Origin: an uncultured bacterium
GTDB taxonomy: Bacteria > Actinomycetota > Acidimicrobiia > Acidimicrobiales > SHLQ01
Direction of reading: 5' to 3'
Assembly (NCBI GenBank): GCA_965524675.1
Contig: CBERPN010000001.1
Coordinates: 1-53,815 of the forward strand
Length of the DNA: 53,815 nucleotides
Part shown: positions 29,777 to 40,372 of the stretch, piece by piece
Layout: every line of letters starts with the position of its first letter
Numbering within the stretch: the first letter of the stretch is position 1
The notes under the pieces: model-generated
Seen by the model: the letters and a program-made list of their open reading frames with translations, nothing else
Databases searched by the model: none
What the model was told of the DNA's origin: nothing
Position numbers and translations under genes: made by a program

Positions 29777-31071
29777 CCGACTCTCTTGTTTTACGAGGTG
29801 GCACTATCATCGATGCCCGAGGGTCACGTCGGGCCGATGTGCTGGTCGGCAATGACGGCACTATCGAGGCGGTCGGAGAGGATCTATCCAGCCGGCGGAC
29901 TCTCGATGCCGAGGGGTGCATTGTGTCGCCGGGTTTCGTCGATCTGCATACCCACCTACGCCAGCCGGGCAACGAAGATGCCGAGACGATAGAAACCGCT
30001 TCGCGAGCGGGCGCGCTCGGCGGCTACACAGCGTTGGTCGCAATGCCCGATACGACGCCGGCGATGGACTGCGCGAGCGTGGTGCGCGACGTGCTCTCAA
30101 TGGGCCGAGCCGCGCTCACCGATATCATCGCCGCAGCGTCGATAACCGTTGGCCGCAAAGGCGCGGAACTCAGTCCTATGGCTGAGCTCGCCGAGTTGGG
30201 TGTGCGGATCTTTACCGATGACGGCTCCGGCGTGCAGGACGACATGGTCATGAAACGGGCGCTCGAATATTCGCTTGGTCTCGCCCCCTTCACCGGGGGA
30301 GGATCTGTAGTTCTGGCGCAACATTGCGACGTTTTGGCCCTATCGCAAGGTGGATTCATGCACGAAGGAGAAGGATCGAGTCGGCTCGGTATTCCAGGTC
30401 AACCGGCCGTTGCCGAAGAGCTGATGGTGATGCGCGACTTAGCCCTAGCCAGAGTGACCGGGGCACGGCTGCACCTTCAGCACCTGTCCACCGCTCGTTC
30501 CATAGAGTTGGTGCGTGCAGCGAAAGCCGAAGGTATCGCAGTGACGGCCGAGGCCACGACCCACCACTTCACCCTCACAGATAGCTGCTGTGACTCCTTC
30601 GACACGGTCTACAAAGTGAATCCACCGCTGCGACCAATCAGCGATGTAGAGGCGGTCAGGGCTGGCCTTGGCGATGGCACGATCGACGCGATCGCGACCG
30701 ATCACGCCCCGCATGCAAAGCACCAAAAGGAACGCCCCTTTGACTCGGCGCCCCCTGGGATGCTCGGCCTAGAGACCGCCCTAGCGTTAGCGGTTACCGA
30801 ACTGGATCTGCCTATCGAAACCGTGATTGGTCTGATGTCCTGGCGACCTGCACAGATTGCGGGCAGCGACCTCCACGGCCGTCCGGTCGAGGCTGGCCAG
30901 CCCGCGAACCTCTGTGTGTTCGATCCGCAGGAGCAATGGACCATCGATGCCTCAGCGCTCGCTAGTAAGAGTCGCAATTGTCCGTACGAGGGGCGCTCGG
31001 TACGGGGCAAAGTCCGCCACACGATCCTGCACGGCGAAGCGGTCGTCGTCGACAGCGAGGCAACCCGATGA
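29773..31071 (+). CDS. pyrC: dihydroorotase
   Basis: 432 aa. [14 protein letters not shown], the DHAPH motif ([12 protein letters not shown]) and operon context. Confidence 0.92.
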   Translation: MTDSLVLRGGTIIDARGSRRADVLVGNDGTIEAVGEDLSSRRTLDAEGCIVSPGFVDLHTHLRQPGNEDAETIETASRAGALGGYTALVAMPDTTPAMDCASVVRDVLSMGRAALTDIIAAASITVGRKGAELSPMAELAELGVRIFTDDGSGVQDDMVMKRALEYSLGLAPFTGGGSVVLAQHCDVLALSQGGFMHEGEGSSRLGIPGQPAVAEELMVMRDLALARVTGARLHLQHLSTARSIELVRAAKAEGIAVTAEATTHHFTLTDSCCDSFDTVYKVNPPLRPISDVEAVRAGLGDGTIDAIATDHAPHAKHQKERPFDSAPPGMLGLETALALAVTELDLPIETVIGLMSWRPAQIAGSDLHGRPVEAGQPANLCVFDPQEQWTIDASALASKSRNCPYEGRSVRGKVRHTILHGEAVVVDSEATR

Positions 31072-32195
31072 GTAACTCGAATGAGATAGAGGAGGCACTG
31101 CTGGTTCTCGCCGACGGCACCGTCTTCGAAGGCGAGGCGATCGGCGTGTTCCCCGAGTCTGGTATCGCCACCGGCGAAGTGATGTTCAACACGGTCATGG
31201 CGGGGTACCAAGAGGTAATAACCGATCCGAGCTACGCAGGGCAGATCATCACCTTCACCTATCCGCATATTGGTAACTACGGCGTGGTCGATCTCGACAA
31301 CGAAAGCCAGAAGGTGTTCTGTCGAGGCATCATTGTGCGAGACTTGGCTCGACGCCACAGCAACTGGCGCGCTACCGCTTCGCTGTCAAGCCTGCTGGCG
31401 AAACATCACTTGCCCGGAATTGCGGGGCTAGATACCCGGCGGCTAACGCGCCATATTCGAAGTGCGGGCGCGATGCCCGCTGCCTTCGGAACCGCCGACG
31501 AGCAAAGCCTCAAGGCAGCGGTTGCTGGCGTACCGGAGACTCTGGGAGTTGACCTAGTGTCCACGGTGACATGTGACAAGGCGTACACACATCACTCTGA
31601 GGTGCCCCGGCGCATCGTTGCGTATGACTTCGGAATCAAGTCGACCATCGTGGCGAAACTGGCCGATCTGGGCACGGTCGAAGTAGTCCCTGCTTCGACG
31701 ACGGCCAGCGACGTTCTGGCCCGCAAGCCCGACGGAGTTTTCTTGTCGAATGGTCCCGGCGACCCGGAACCTGTCGACTACGCGCGGCTGGCGATCGAGA
31801 ACCTGTTGGGCCAGGTGCCAATCTTTGGAATCTGTCTTGGCCACCAGCTGATGGCGCTGGCTCTAGGGTGCACTACCTACAAACTTCGCTTCGGGCACCA
31901 CGGCGGGAACCATCCGGTGCGAAGCCTGTTGGGGTCTGCAAACGGCGCTGGCAACACCAGCGACACCAGCAAAATCGCCATTACTAGCCAAAATCACAAC
32001 TATTGCGTTGACTGCGCTGGCGTCAAGGGCATCGAAGTAACTCACGTGAATCTCAACGACGACACCGTCGAAGGACTCCGCAGCACCGAGGTCCCTGCCT
32101 TTAGTGTGCAGTATCACCCCGAGGCGAGCCCGGGTCCGCACGAGTCGGCATACTTGTTCGATGAGTTTGCCAAGATGATGGATGAACACTCATGA
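31068..32195 (+). CDS. carA: carbamoyl-phosphate synthase small (glutaminase) subunit
   Basis: ATGA overlap with the pyrC stop. [15 protein letters not shown], the GICLGHQL catalytic Cys and [12 protein letters not shown]. Confidence 0.93.
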   Translation: MSNSNEIEEALLVLADGTVFEGEAIGVFPESGIATGEVMFNTVMAGYQEVITDPSYAGQIITFTYPHIGNYGVVDLDNESQKVFCRGIIVRDLARRHSNWRATASLSSLLAKHHLPGIAGLDTRRLTRHIRSAGAMPAAFGTADEQSLKAAVAGVPETLGVDLVSTVTCDKAYTHHSEVPRRIVAYDFGIKSTIVAKLADLGTVEVVPASTTASDVLARKPDGVFLSNGPGDPEPVDYARLAIENLLGQVPIFGICLGHQLMALALGCTTYKLRFGHHGGNHPVRSLLGSANGAGNTSDTSKIAITSQNHNYCVDCAGVKGIEVTHVNLNDDTVEGLRSTEVPAFSVQYHPEASPGPHESAYLFDEFAKMMDEHS

Positions 32196-32250
32196 CCCTT
32201 CAAGTCCAATCTCAGCGCTCTTTAGGAGATGATCTAGGGATGCACCACTA

Positions 32251-35200
32251 ATGCCGCGTCGAAACGATATTGAGTCGGTTCTCATAATCGGCTCTGGCCC
32301 AATCGTCATCGGCCAGGCGTGTGAGTTCGACTATTCGGGTACCCAGGCTTGTCGGGTGCTGCGCGAAGAGGGCTTTCGCGTAATCCTTGCCAATTCCAAT
32401 CCGGCGACGATCATGACCGATCCTGAGTTCGCCGACGCGACCTACATAGAGCCGCTGGATCTTGAGGTCGTGACCAAGATAATTGAGCGAGAGAAACCTG
32501 ACGCCGTGTTGCCAACGATGGGTGGACAGACCGCGCTGAATCTCGCAATGGAACTATCTGCTGCGGGCGTTCTCGAAGCCAACGACACGATGCTCATCGG
32601 CGCGAATGCTGAGGCGATCGCAACCGCCGAAGATCGAGAACAGTTCAAAGCGGCCATGGCCGACATCGGGCTCGCAGTGCCAGCTTCGAGAATTGCCAAG
32701 GGTGCTGGCGAAACCAAGTCAGCTGCGGTTGACAATGCAATGGACCAGGCGCTGTTGATGATGGACGAGATCGGGTTGCCAATCGTAATTCGACCCTCCT
32801 ACATCTTGGGCGGCAAGGGCACCGGGTTTGCAACTACTGCCGAAGAGTTCAAAAAAGCGGCAAGGGCTGGGCTTGAAGCAAGCCCGATAACCGAGGTCCT
32901 CGTCGAGCGATCGATCCGCGGCTGGAAAGAATTCGAACTCGAGGTGATGCGCGACCAGGCCGACAACTGCGTTGTGATCTGCTCGATCGAAAACCTCGAT
33001 CCAATGGGCATTCACACCGGTGACTCGATCACCGTCGCTCCAGCGCAGACACTCAGCGACGTCGAGTATCAGTTCATGCGCGATGCTGCGTTTAAGATCA
33101 TTCGCCGAGTCGGCGTCGAAACCGGTGGATCGAACGTGCAGTTCGCGGTGAATCCCGAGGGCGGCGAAGTTGTCGTGATCGAGATGAACCCGCGGGTGTC
33201 GCGCTCGTCTGCTTTGGCCTCTAAGGCCACCGGGTTTGCGATCGCCAAAATCGCCGCAAAGTTGGCGGTTGGTTACACCCTCGATGAGATCCCCAACGAT
33301 ATAACCAAGGCCACTCCGGCATCGTTTGAACCCGCGCTCGACTATGTGGTTACAAAGATTCCTCGTTGGGCATTCGAGAAGTTCCCGGGAACCTCCGGTG
33401 TGCTCGGTACCCAAATGCAAGCGGTCGGTGAGGTGATGGCGATTGGGCGAACCTTTCCCGAATCGCTCCAGAAAGCGCTGCGCTCACTCGAACTTGGGCG
33501 CAACGGGTTGAATGCTGATCCCGCCGAGATGCTGACCGACGGGGTCGAAACATCGGATCTGTTGCGTCAAGCCGACATCGCTACACCCGACCGGATCTTT
33601 CAACTCGAGGCGTTGCTGAGGCGTGGCGTCACGGTCGACGAACTCTACTCCGCGACCATGATCGATCCCTGGTTTCTCGACCAGATGCTTAGCATCACCG
33701 AAGAGCGCATCCATCTCGAACAACTCGACATGGAAGCAATGACCCCAAAGGCATGGAAGCGGGCCAAACAACTCGGCTTCTCCGACGCGCAATTGGGGTA
33801 TTTGTGGGACTGCGAAGAGTCGGTTGTACGCTCCGCTCGCATTGTGTCAGGGGTACTACCCACCTACAAAACCGTCGATACCTGCGCGGGAGAGTTCGAG
33901 GCCGACACCCCGTATCACTACAGCACCTACGAGGTGGAAGACGAGGTGAGGCCAAGCTCAAAATCGAAGATATTGATTCTTGGATCTGGACCTAATCGCA
34001 TTGGGCAAGGCATCGAGTTCGATTATTGCTGCGTGCACGCCAGCTTTGCGCTGCGGGCAGCCGGTTACGAAACAATCATGGTCAACTGCAATCCCGAGAC
34101 CGTGTCGACCGATTACGACACCAGCGATCGCCTGTACTTTGAGCCGATCACGCTCGAGGATGTCAGCAACATCATAGAGGCCGAAAAGCCCGAGGGCATC
34201 GTGGTGTCGCTGGGCGGCCAGACCCCCCTAAAGCTGGCGTCGGAATTGCCGCAGCAGCTAGTGCTGGGCACCAGTCCGCATTCGATCGACCTCGCCGAAG
34301 ACCGCGAACACTGGAACTCGCTGTGTGCGCGTCTCGAAATACCCCAGCCAGCCGGTGGGACCGCAACCGAGTTGAGTCGCGCTCTTGAGATTACGAAGCG
34401 AATCGGATACCCCGCGCTGATTCGTCCGTCGTACGTGCTCGGTGGCAGAGCCATGGAAATCATCTACGACGATGAGGGCCTCGAAAAGGCGATGGCCGCT
34501 CTAGCTAGCTTCGGCAGTCTCGGAATCGAGGGCGGTCTCTCCGCTGAGCGTCCGGTATTGATCGACAGATTCTTAGAAGACGCCACCGAAGTCGACATCG
34601 ACGCGGTGCGAGATTCGACTGGCGAGGTTCTTATCGGCGCGGTGATGGAGCACGTCGAGGAGGCTGGGGTTCATTCGGGTGACAGCGCTTGTGTTATCCC
34701 GCCACCGAACCTGTCGCTAGAAACGATCGAGGTCATCGAGCAGTACACGCGTCGAATCGCTGCCGAACTCGAGGTCGTGGGCCCAATCAATGTGCAGTTC
34801 GCTGTTAAGGGCAGTCAAGTATTTGTTATCGAGGCGAATCCTCGGGCTTCTCGCACCGTCCCCTTTGTTGCAAAGGCAACCGGCGTCCCGCTCGCCAAAA
34901 TCGCAGCGCGAGTGATGGTGGGCGCTACCCTGGCGGCTCTGCGCGGCGAAGGGCTAGTGCGGCCGCGAGTAGACTCGCTGCACGTTTCGGTAAAGGAGGC
35001 GGTGCTGCCCTTCAATAGGTTCCCCGACGCCGATGCGGTTCTCGGACCCGAGATGCGCTCGACCGGTGAGGTGATGGGCATCGACCGCACTGTCGGCTTG
35101 GCGTTTGCCAAGAGTCAAATCTCGGCCGGGGGGCCGCTGCCCACCAGCGGCACGGTCTTCCTATCGCTCGCCGACCGCGACAAGCCCATCGGTATCGAGG

Positions 35201-35559
35201 CGGCACGAGTACTCGAGAACCTTGGATTCAGGATCGCTGCCACCAAAGGCACTGCCGAAGCGCTGGGTTCGGTGGGGATTTCGGTGGATACTGTCGTCGC
35301 GAAACTTGGCGAAGATGGTATCGATGCGGTCGAGTTGATCGACTCTGGGCAGGTGAGTCTTGTTATCAATAGTCCCAGGGGTCGCGGCCCACGCGCCGAC
35401 GGAGGACACATCCGCGATGCTGCGGGAAGAGCAAGTGTTCCCTTGCTCACCACCGGGGCAGCCGGACTCGCAGCAGCTCGCGGCATGGCCGACTGGCAAC
35501 GCCTCGACCTTGAGGTTCGCTCGCTTCAGGAGTACCACGCGGCGGGAGCGGAGCACTGA
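32251..35559 (+). CDS. carB: carbamoyl-phosphate synthase large subunit
   Basis: 1102 aa. Duplicated ATP-grasp halves ([20 protein letters not shown] / [20 protein letters not shown]) and a C-terminal MGS-like domain. Confidence 0.97.
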   Translation: MPRRNDIESVLIIGSGPIVIGQACEFDYSGTQACRVLREEGFRVILANSNPATIMTDPEFADATYIEPLDLEVVTKIIEREKPDAVLPTMGGQTALNLAMELSAAGVLEANDTMLIGANAEAIATAEDREQFKAAMADIGLAVPASRIAKGAGETKSAAVDNAMDQALLMMDEIGLPIVIRPSYILGGKGTGFATTAEEFKKAARAGLEASPITEVLVERSIRGWKEFELEVMRDQADNCVVICSIENLDPMGIHTGDSITVAPAQTLSDVEYQFMRDAAFKIIRRVGVETGGSNVQFAVNPEGGEVVVIEMNPRVSRSSALASKATGFAIAKIAAKLAVGYTLDEIPNDITKATPASFEPALDYVVTKIPRWAFEKFPGTSGVLGTQMQAVGEVMAIGRTFPESLQKALRSLELGRNGLNADPAEMLTDGVETSDLLRQADIATPDRIFQLEALLRRGVTVDELYSATMIDPWFLDQMLSITEERIHLEQLDMEAMTPKAWKRAKQLGFSDAQLGYLWDCEESVVRSARIVSGVLPTYKTVDTCAGEFEADTPYHYSTYEVEDEVRPSSKSKILILGSGPNRIGQGIEFDYCCVHASFALRAAGYETIMVNCNPETVSTDYDTSDRLYFEPITLEDVSNIIEAEKPEGIVVSLGGQTPLKLASELPQQLVLGTSPHSIDLAEDREHWNSLCARLEIPQPAGGTATELSRALEITKRIGYPALIRPSYVLGGRAMEIIYDDEGLEKAMAALASFGSLGIEGGLSAERPVLIDRFLEDATEVDIDAVRDSTGEVLIGAVMEHVEEAGVHSGDSACVIPPPNLSLETIEVIEQYTRRIAAELEVVGPINVQFAVKGSQVFVIEANPRASRTVPFVAKATGVPLAKIAARVMVGATLAALRGEGLVRPRVDSLHVSVKEAVLPFNRFPDADAVLGPEMRSTGEVMGIDRTVGLAFAKSQISAGGPLPTSGTVFLSLADRDKPIGIEAARVLENLGFRIAATKGTAEALGSVGISVDTVVAKLGEDGIDAVELIDSGQVSLVINSPRGRGPRADGGHIRDAAGRASVPLLTTGAAGLAAARGMADWQRLDLEVRSLQEYHAAGAEH

Positions 35560-35645
35560 AACTCCTACGGCGAAACGCTCCGCCGACTCAATCGGCCGTC
35601 AACCTGACCACCACGGTCGCTTCGCTAAGTTTTCCAAATCCGATA

Positions 35646-36512
35646 ATGGCCGCATCGGGAACAGCTGGCTACGGGGCAGAGCTAACTAGCTACCTCGACC
35701 TTTCAGCATTAGCGGCGGTGGTAACAAAGTCGTTGTCGCCCGAACCTTGGCAGGGGAATCCCGCTCCACGGGTACACGAGACGGCGGGAGGAATGGTCAA
35801 CAGCGTTGGGCTCGCGGGGCCAGGAATCGACCGCTGGCTCGAAGATGAGCTACCCAAACTTGTCGCCACAGGCGCACGTGTGGTGGCCAGCATCTGGGGC
35901 CGCACAGTCGGTGAATACGAGCGGGCCGCTGACAAGATGGCATACGCGCCGCCCGAAGTTGTCGCGGTTGAGGTGAATATTTCATGTCCGAACTTGGAAG
36001 ACAAGAAGCGCATGTTTTCTCACTCCGCCGCGGCCACCGATGAGGTAATCAGAGCCACTGAATCCTGTGGGCGCCCTCGCTGGGCGAAGCTCAGCCCAAA
36101 TATCACCGACATCGTTCCTATCGCTGTAGCGGCCGCCGATGCCGGCGCCGAAGCAGTGACCCTGATCAATACCGTCGCGGCGATGGTGATCGACGTCGAG
36201 TCTCGTCGGCCATTGCTCGGCGCGGGCCGGGGCGGCCTTTCCGGACCGGCGATAAAGCCGATAGCGGTTCGAGCGGTTTATGACGTACACGAAGTTCTTC
36301 CGCATCTGCCCATCGTGGGAGTCGGGGGAGTAGCGTCTGGACTTGACGTCATCGAATTCCTCCTCGCTGGAGCTCGGGCTGTGCAGGTCGGAACGGCAAC
36401 GTTCGCAGATCCTCGCACAACGGGCCGGCTTGTCGATGAAGTTTCCAGATGGTGTGCCGAGCACCAAGTGACAGATCTCGGCGAGCTCATCGGCGCAGCC
36501 CATCACAAGTGA
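35646..36512 (+). CDS. pyrD: class 1 dihydroorotate dehydrogenase catalytic subunit (true start probably upstream of the first ATG)
   Basis: AASGTAGYG, NSVGLAGPG, the EVNISCPN catalytic Cys and GLSGPAIKPIA. The in-frame upstream codons (…NLTTTVASLSFPNPI-M) look like genuine N-terminal sequence; see findings. Confidence 0.85.
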   Translation: MAASGTAGYGAELTSYLDLSALAAVVTKSLSPEPWQGNPAPRVHETAGGMVNSVGLAGPGIDRWLEDELPKLVATGARVVASIWGRTVGEYERAADKMAYAPPEVVAVEVNISCPNLEDKKRMFSHSAAATDEVIRATESCGRPRWAKLSPNITDIVPIAVAAADAGAEAVTLINTVAAMVIDVESRRPLLGAGRGGLSGPAIKPIAVRAVYDVHEVLPHLPIVGVGGVASGLDVIEFLLAGARAVQVGTATFADPRTTGRLVDEVSRWCAEHQVTDLGELIGAAHHK

Positions 36513-36583
36513 GCTGAGCGAACCACCGATAGCCTGACCATCTCAGAACGCCAATTACCAACGAAGTTGCCCAGGAGAAACCC

Positions 36584-37285
36584 ATGGCTGAAACCACCGC
36601 CGTATCCGACGAAATGCGCTCGAAGCTCGCTCTTGTTCTCGATGTCGATGACCTCGTCGCTGCCGTTCGGCTCGGCAAAGCAATGTCGCCGTATTTCGGT
36701 ATCGCCAAGATTGGTCTCGAGCTCTATTCCGCTGCAGGCCCCGACGCCATTGGCACCCTTATCGGCCTGGGTTACGAAGTGTTTCTCGACCTGAAGCTTC
36801 ACGATATTCCGACCACGGTCCACAAGGCGTCTCGGGTTCTCGGGGCACTTGGCGTTTCGTACGTAACCCTTCACGCCCACGGGGGTGTCAAGATGCTCGA
36901 AGCAGGTGTTGCGGGGCTCAACGAAGGTGCCTCAAACGCCGGGTTACCCACACCGAAGTCGCTTGCCATTACCGTCCTTACCTCCGATGCTGATGCCCCA
37001 GAGCACATATTGCCCAAACGGGTCGGACTCGCCGTCGAGGCCGGTTGTACCGGCATTGTGTGCGCCGCCTCAGACCTGAAGGACGTCTACGCATACGCTC
37101 CTCGGCTCTTGCGTGTTACCCCAGGAATCCGATTTGCTGGCGACCCTGTCCACGATCAGGCCCGAGCATGCGCGCCTGGCGACGCACTCGATCTCGGTGC
37201 CGATGTGATCGTGGTTGGTCGAGCCGTCACCCAGGCCGACGATCCTGTGGCTGCAGCCGAGCGGTTGATAGCTGAAATCTCGTGA
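36584..37285 (+). CDS. pyrF: orotidine-5'-phosphate decarboxylase
   Basis: 233 aa. LALVLDVDD and FLDLKLHDIPTT blocks. Confidence 0.92.
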   Translation: MAETTAVSDEMRSKLALVLDVDDLVAAVRLGKAMSPYFGIAKIGLELYSAAGPDAIGTLIGLGYEVFLDLKLHDIPTTVHKASRVLGALGVSYVTLHAHGGVKMLEAGVAGLNEGASNAGLPTPKSLAITVLTSDADAPEHILPKRVGLAVEAGCTGIVCAASDLKDVYAYAPRLLRVTPGIRFAGDPVHDQARACAPGDALDLGADVIVVGRAVTQADDPVAAAERLIAEIS

Positions 37286-37293
37286 GCCACTCT

Positions 37294-37316
37294 GCTAGTG
37301 AACGTAGTTCACTGGC
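37294..37316 (+). other. near-perfect palindrome/hairpin between pyrF and mihF
   Basis: AGTGAAC-GTA-GTTCACT (37297..37313) is a perfect 7-bp inverted repeat, extendable to 10 bp with one mismatch. No U-tract follows. Confidence 0.3.
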
Positions 37317-37382
37317 AGACTCATAGACGGTTGAACGAGCAACCGACCTCAGAAAGTCGATCTCAGCCGATACGGTGCACAC

Positions 37383-37700
37383 ATGGCAATGCCCCCCACA
37401 CTTTCGCCCGAACAAAGACAAGCAGCCTTGGAAAAGGCCGCTCGAGTGCGGCGTGCCCGCGCCGAGATGAAGGATCGCCTCAAGATGGGTTCGATAACGC
37501 TTCGCGAAGTTCTTGATGACGCAGCAGCCGACCAGGTGATCGCTAAGACAAAGGTGCTCGCCGTGCTGGAGTCTCTTCCTGGAGTCGGCAAGGTGAAGGC
37601 TCGTCGAACTATGGAAGACATCGGTATCTCAGAGTCGCGGCGTGTTCGCGGGCTTGGCGAGCAACAGCGGCTGAAACTGCTCGAACTGTTCGATTCCTAA
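37383..37700 (+). CDS. mihF: actinobacterial integration host factor MihF
   Basis: 105 aa. LSPEQRQAALEKAARVRRARAE... and ESLPGVGKVKARRTMEDIGISESRRVRGLG, the typical mIHF sequence and position upstream of gmk. Confidence 0.9.
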   Translation: MAMPPTLSPEQRQAALEKAARVRRARAEMKDRLKMGSITLREVLDDAAADQVIAKTKVLAVLESLPGVGKVKARRTMEDIGISESRRVRGLGEQQRLKLLELFDS

Positions 37701-37711
37701 GCGGTCTTTCC

Positions 37712-38278
37712 ATGGTTCAGACCGTTCACGATCGCCTATTGATCGTCATTTCCGGACCTGGTGGGGTCGGTAAAGGAACGCTGGTTCAGAACCTCATGGC
37801 CCGCGACGAGAGGCTTTGGCTTAGTCGTAGCTGGTCGTGTCGCGAACGTCGTCCAGGCGAAGCGATTGACTCCTATAACTTCGTAACGCGAGCCGAGTTC
37901 GATGAGCATATCGAGGCCGACGGCTTTTTGGAGTGGGTGGACTTTCTCGACTACCGACAAGGAACTCCAGGTCCCGATCCGCCTGCCGGTAGCGACGTTG
38001 TCTTTGAGATCGATGTCTTTGGAGGCGAAGCAATCGCTAAGGAGTACGCGAGTCCGCTATTGATCTTCTTAGACACTCCGAGTCGCGAGGTTCAGCGTCA
38101 GCGTCTCGAGGGTAGAGGCGATGCCTCCGAGAAGGTCAAAGCCCGTATCGAACGTGGCGACCTTGAGCGAGCAAAAGCAAAAGAGATCGGCTATCTCACA
38201 GTCATCAACGACGATCTCGAGCGGGCGACCACCGAGCTAGCCGAGACGATTTCAGCCGCACGACTACGGTTGGGTTAA
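37712..38278 (+). CDS. gmk: guanylate kinase
   Basis: 188 aa. P-loop SGPGGVGKGT and SRSWSCRERRPGE, corresponding to the conserved TTR..R.GE block. Confidence 0.9.
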   Translation: MVQTVHDRLLIVISGPGGVGKGTLVQNLMARDERLWLSRSWSCRERRPGEAIDSYNFVTRAEFDEHIEADGFLEWVDFLDYRQGTPGPDPPAGSDVVFEIDVFGGEAIAKEYASPLLIFLDTPSREVQRQRLEGRGDASEKVKARIERGDLERAKAKEIGYLTVINDDLERATTELAETISAARLRLG

Positions 38279-39949
38279 CAATCTGAGTCCATCAGCTACG
38301 GGTTCGCTGCGGTAGTTCTCTAGATCGTCTAGCGGTATTTCAGCAAAGCCTTGGACGCGAATTGTGCGAACTCCGACACTTGAGAGCTTGCCTATCAAGG
38401 TCTCGAGGTTTTCGGGCTGCGCCCGATACCACGCGACCTCCGGAACCGATTCCCACGCGAAGCGAGGAAGCGCGTCTTCTTCGGCGATGACCACTTCGGA
38501 GTCGACCTGATCCACCCAGTCGAGGACCTGTCGAGCATTCGACGTGGTGCGGTGTGTAGCGACGATCCCGGATGCTGTTGGCAACGCTAGCAGCAACAAA
38601 AACAACAGCGGTTTCTGACGAAGCAAGTGCAGACCGCGGACCGCAGCAACCGCCGCGAGTGGCACCGTCAGGGGTGACAGGTATCGTCCACCCCATTCGG
38701 TCCCGCCGCTGCCGTTGGGCTGAGTTGCCAGAACTAGGATTGTGAACGCGATCGCAATTGTGACTAGAAGTTTGATCTCACCGTTGTGTGCTTTTGAGAA
38801 CAACAGGACAAACACCAGCGGCCAGGCGGTGATGATTCCCGTGATCAGCTCGGAGTCCAGCAGGATCATCCGCATGGCGTAGGCGAAGGTACCTGCGCCG
38901 AGCATGACCCAGCCCTGGGCTTCGGTTTCGGAGTCGCTGAGCCGAAACGCTCCAAACAGGACACACACCAGACCTACCAACGCAGCGAGGTCGGCCGGAC
39001 CCGGGTTGGGCGAGACCCCAACAAGAATGTGCCATGCTGCGGGAACTCGACTCGCTAATGCCCCAGCCGAAGACTCAGCCAGTGTGGCTGGTTCGAGCGC
39101 TACCCCTCGACCAACGATTCGTATGGTCCAGGCACGGTCGACGAGAAAGGCAAGGCCAGCCGCAGCCGAGGCGACGACGGTCGAAATAGCCAGCGCGCGA
39201 TGGCGCGCGATCAGGGCTGCGGTAGTGAATGCTGCCGCCAGAAACACCGCTTCGCTTCGAAGCAGTACCCCCGCTGAGAGAGCCGTTGAAAGGGCGAGCA
39301 GCGTGGCAGGGCGGATGCCGTAACGGTGGATCCGCAGCAGAGCCCAGGTTGCTACCCCGGCGAGCATTGCGCTGATCGAGTGCGCCCACAAGGCGGTGGA
39401 ATTGATGAGTTGGGGACTGAGGGCTGCGATCCAAAATCCGGCCAACCCAGCTCGTTGATCGATTTCCTGGGCGACCTTCCAGCCAAGTGTAGCCGTAAGG
39501 GCAGTTCCGATCGCGGCGGGCAGTCGAAGTCCGATCGTCTCGCCGAACAGGTCGGCGAACAGCGACAGTAGGTAAATGTGCGACGGGTGTCTCGGCGAGG
39601 GAACCGGACCCTCGGGTAACACGGTGGTGTTTACCCAACCTTCGTTGTCGGCGGAAACGACCGCAAGGGGCCGTTCAAGTGCCCAAGTCCCGTTTTCGAG
39701 CGCTCGCACCTGACCGCCGTATGCTCCATCATCGCTGGTGAAACCTGCGTCGGGGTCACGCATCGCCAGGATCCCAAATAGCATGATCGAGAGCAAAAGG
39801 ATCTGTACCGGCAGCGAGAACGCGCGATCTCGGCCCGAACGTGGTTTCTGGGCAGGATCGGAAGCGAGTCCAGTCTCGGATGACTTCGCTGAAGGTGAAA
39901 CTATCGACACGATCAACCATCGGCAATTGAGCCCGGCGAGCAAGTGCAA
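38264..39949 (-). CDS. large polytopic membrane protein, possibly a GT-C-type glycosyltransferase (function uncertain)
   Basis: 561 aa. About 10 or more hydrophobic helices, an acidic first loop (RDPDAGFTSDDGAYG) and a ~100-aa C-terminal soluble domain. TTG start at 39949 is uncertain. The 3' end overlaps the gmk 3' end by 15 nt. Confidence 0.55.
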   Translation of the reverse strand: MHLLAGLNCRWLIVSIVSPSAKSSETGLASDPAQKPRSGRDRAFSLPVQILLLSIMLFGILAMRDPDAGFTSDDGAYGGQVRALENGTWALERPLAVVSADNEGWVNTTVLPEGPVPSPRHPSHIYLLSLFADLFGETIGLRLPAAIGTALTATLGWKVAQEIDQRAGLAGFWIAALSPQLINSTALWAHSISAMLAGVATWALLRIHRYGIRPATLLALSTALSAGVLLRSEAVFLAAAFTTAALIARHRALAISTVVASAAAGLAFLVDRAWTIRIVGRGVALEPATLAESSAGALASRVPAAWHILVGVSPNPGPADLAALVGLVCVLFGAFRLSDSETEAQGWVMLGAGTFAYAMRMILLDSELITGIITAWPLVFVLLFSKAHNGEIKLLVTIAIAFTILVLATQPNGSGGTEWGGRYLSPLTVPLAAVAAVRGLHLLRQKPLLFLLLLALPTASGIVATHRTTSNARQVLDWVDQVDSEVVIAEEDALPRFAWESVPEVAWYRAQPENLETLIGKLSSVGVRTIRVQGFAEIPLDDLENYRSEPVADGLRLLTQP

Positions 39950-40016
39950 TGCTGATTCGGCGAAAGCCTGATTCGATGAAAGGTTTGTGCTGACTCATGT
40001 GCCGGGGCCGCTTCAC

Positions 40017-40025
40017 TGGTATAAT
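40017..40025 (+). promoter_or_regulatory. candidate extended -10 promoter element for rpoZ
   Basis: TGGTATAAT (TGnTATAAT) lies 30 nt upstream of the rpoZ ATG, with AGGAG at 40044..40048 in between. No convincing -35 element. Confidence 0.4.
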
Positions 40026-40054
40026 TGGGGGTCGGTTTCCCACAGGAGCGCCCA

Positions 40055-40351
40055 ATGGCTCAGCAACACGATCAACTCATGCGTCCCGAAATCGAGGGAC
40101 TGCTCGAAAAGACGGATTCTAAGTTCAAGCTCGTGACCCTTAGCTCGCAACGCGCTCGCCAGATCAACTCATACTTTGGGCAACTTGGCGACGGACTCGG
40201 CTCGTCGGTTCCGCCCCAGATTACCTCGACAGCCCGAAAGGCATTATCGATTGCCTTCGAAGAAATCGGTGCTGAGGTTATCGTGCCGATGCTGCGACCC
40301 GAGGAACCCGAGATCGACGAAACTGGCGAGGACGACGACTCGGCCGAGTGA
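40055..40351 (+). CDS. rpoZ: DNA-directed RNA polymerase subunit omega
   Basis: MAQQHDQLMRPEIEGLLEKTDSKFKLVTLSSQRARQINSYF. ATG 40055 after AGGAG is preferred to the ORF-track 40025. Confidence 0.9.
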   Translation: MAQQHDQLMRPEIEGLLEKTDSKFKLVTLSSQRARQINSYFGQLGDGLGSSVPPQITSTARKALSIAFEEIGAEVIVPMLRPEEPEIDETGEDDDSAE

Positions 40352-40372
40352 CGCTTCTAGTCGTAAGCGACC

